Part shown: positions 30,162 through 32,112 of the stretch, one piece after another | Position numbering within the stretch: position 1 is the first letter of the stretch | Layout: every line of letters begins with the position of its first letter | Source: Thraustochytrium aureum | Taxonomy: Eukaryota | DNA length: 32,112 bases | Direction: 5' to 3' | Assembly (NCBI GenBank): GCA_012862495.1 | Contig: BLSG01000462.1 | Span: forward strand, 12,243 to 44,354 | Position numbers and translations under genes: made by a program | Notes under the pieces: generated by a model | The model's database searches: none | What the model saw: the letters and a program-made list of their open reading frames with translations, nothing else | Told to the model about the DNA's origin: nothing

Positions 30162-30770
30162 CGTCGCGCGTCAGGCTGCTGCAGGCACACGGCGCGGCTT
30201 TCGAGCGTGCGAGCGGGGGCTCTGCGGTCGTGGTGGTCGGTGTTGACCAGCGTTTTCTTTGGGGCGGCGGGCGGGGGCATCGTCTCCGAATCGACGCTAA
30301 AATGCGGCTTTATTCTATTGCNNNNNNNNNNNNNNNNNNNNNNNNNNNNNNNNNNNNNNNNNNNNNNNNNNNNNNNNNNNNNNNNNNNNNNNNNNNNNNN
30401 NNNNNNNNNNNNNNNNNNNNNNNNNNNNNNNNNNNNNNNNNNNNNNNNNNNNNNNNNNNNNNNNNNNNNNNNNNNNNNNNNNNNNNNNNNNNNNNNNNNN
30501 NNNNNNNNNNNNNNNNNNNNNNNNNNNNNNNNNNNNNNNNNNNNNNNNNNNNNNNNNNNNNNNNNNNNNNNNNNNNNNNNNNNNNNNNNNNNNNNNNNNN
30601 NNNNNNNNNNNNNNNNNNNNNNNNNNNNNNNNNNNNNNNNNNNNNNNNNNNNNNNNNNNNNNNNNNNNNNNNAATTAATTATTTTTTTTTTAAAATCGGG
30701 TTTTGCCGCAGATTATGGGTTCTTTCGCTTCATGCCTTCGTGCTGAATAGGATCCTCAATCGGGTCGCGG

Positions 30771-30800
30771 ATATTTAACCGCATTAATCCGGTTAAAGAT
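30771..30800. repeat. 30-bp imperfect palindrome
   Basis: ATATTTAACCG-C-ATTAAT-C-CGGTTAAAGAT, with two mismatched pairs. Confidence 0.75.
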
Positions 30801-32067
30801 GTCGTGCAATGTTACTCCGGCTAGCGAACACGAGTGGGGATCCCAGCCTCACGAGGCGCACGCACAGGAAGAGCTGACACGTGTGCAGCATAACAAGACC
30901 CGTGCACAGCGCTGGCGAGCCCGCAAAAGGTGCGCTTTGTTCCCGGATGGACACCTTTGCGAGACGATCTGCTGTGGGTTGACTGTGGGGAGAAACCTCT
31001 GTGCAGGATGCCACTTGGATGCGTGCCCTTGGGCACAGGGAGCCGGGACTGCGGTGGGATAGCGGTGGTGCAACGCGCAAAGGCGCGGATAGGTAGAGTA
31101 CCCAGGCGCGTACCGTCAAAATGAGCAAGGACGAAAGTGAATCCGACGGCGCAGGACCACTTCGGCCGCCTTGTTTAGCCGTGGCTTGGCGCTCTGCTTT
31201 GGTGCAAACAGGGCGCGGGCCACCAACTCACACGGTTGCCGAACGCCAAACAAGGCGCGCTTTGCCACATGCCTCGCAAGTTGGCGACTTGGGCGCGTGC
31301 AGGTCGGTCCATGTGGCCACCCACTCGGGCGCTGCATTTGGCCTTTCGTGGCTCTGCGCCATGGCGGCAGGACCGAGTACTTGGGCGTGGCTGGAAAAGT
31401 GCTGCGACCCGTTGGCAAGCTGAAGGGAAGAGCGGATGGTCTTGCGCGCCTGTTCGGCTGCATTGGTGCTTGTGGCCGGGGTGCTTTGGCCCACGCCCAG
31501 TTCTTGATGACGGGGATTCCCTTGCGCCGCGAACCAAGGAGGGTCCTCCTTGCGCTAGCTCTGATGAAAAGATTGCTTGTGCAGCGGGAAACCGTCAGTC
31601 TGCGGGTGAATGCAAGGAAATACGAACAAGAAAAGTAAGACGCGCAACGAAAACCACGGTGGCCGCCACTTGGCCTCGGCTTCCTCAGCAGTTCACGGCC
31701 ATGGGCCCACATATTGTTTTCTGCAGAAGCCAAAGAAGGCAAGTTGTGGATGGATGTTGCAGATCGTGCACAAGCCCAACATTGCATCGCCCACATCTCA
31801 TCAATCATTTTACAAAGGATGTGTGCGCAAGGCCAAGCCGCACCTATCCAGCCCTTGCGGAACGGCACTTGCCTTGCACTCTCTGCTAGAGCTAGCACTC
31901 TTAGACACCGTTTTCGCCCTCTCGTCAGCGGGCTTCGCAGCCGGTCGCCAACGCCGCGCGACCGCCAAAGTCTGCAGCAAACCCGAAACAGCAACAGCCG
32001 GTCAACAAAGGCCAAAACAGCAAGAAAAAAAACGGACTCGAGAGGACCAAGCACAGCGCAAAAAACC

Positions 32068-32112
32068 ATGAAGGCCACCGCCGCCGCCCTCGTGGCTGAT
32101 GATCGCCTCGGT
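32068..32112 (+). CDS. Probable 5' start of the next gene (signal-peptide-like), running off the window
   Basis: A-rich leader and AAAAACC-ATG context, then MKATAAALV; a frame change would give LMIASV, typical of a signal peptide. Confidence 0.4.
   Translation, partial: MKATAAALVADDRLG

Noticed and set aside
30800..32060. ORFs of 100-320 aa at the right end
   Set aside because: No domain signatures or consistent codon bias, so I cannot support a gene call.

Overview
Gene-dense, GC-rich, intron-poor eukaryotic DNA with five N-gaps; it is not prokaryotic, as shown by GT-AG introns with branch points and by THOC5, CPSF30, kinesin and GPCR genes. The gene set and compactness suggest a stramenopile protist, possibly labyrinthulomycete/thraustochytrid-like (inference only). 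In order, the window holds: the 3' end of a gene, a CPSF30/CPSF4 homologue extended with YTH, DCD and KH domains, and a KCBP-type kinesin-14 whose tail is ankyrin+WW. Next come a 38-bp palindromic repeat array, an uncharacterised Cys-motif gene, THOC5 and an ALDH22A1/MSC7-like aldehyde dehydrogenase. These are followed by three class-A (rhodopsin-family), opsin-like 7TM receptor genes lacking the retinal lysine, a bZIP with Ile at the normally invariant Asn, a tail-anchored calponin-homology protein and a 3-exon COQ5. Several genes are split by frameshifts that are repaired by adding a base, mostly to a homopolymer run; these are most likely sequencing errors. The best leads are the opsin-like GPCR cluster, the CPSF30-YTH-DCD-KH fusion, the ankyrin-WW KCBP and the palindromic array. 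All family assignments come from motif recognition by eye; no database search was run.
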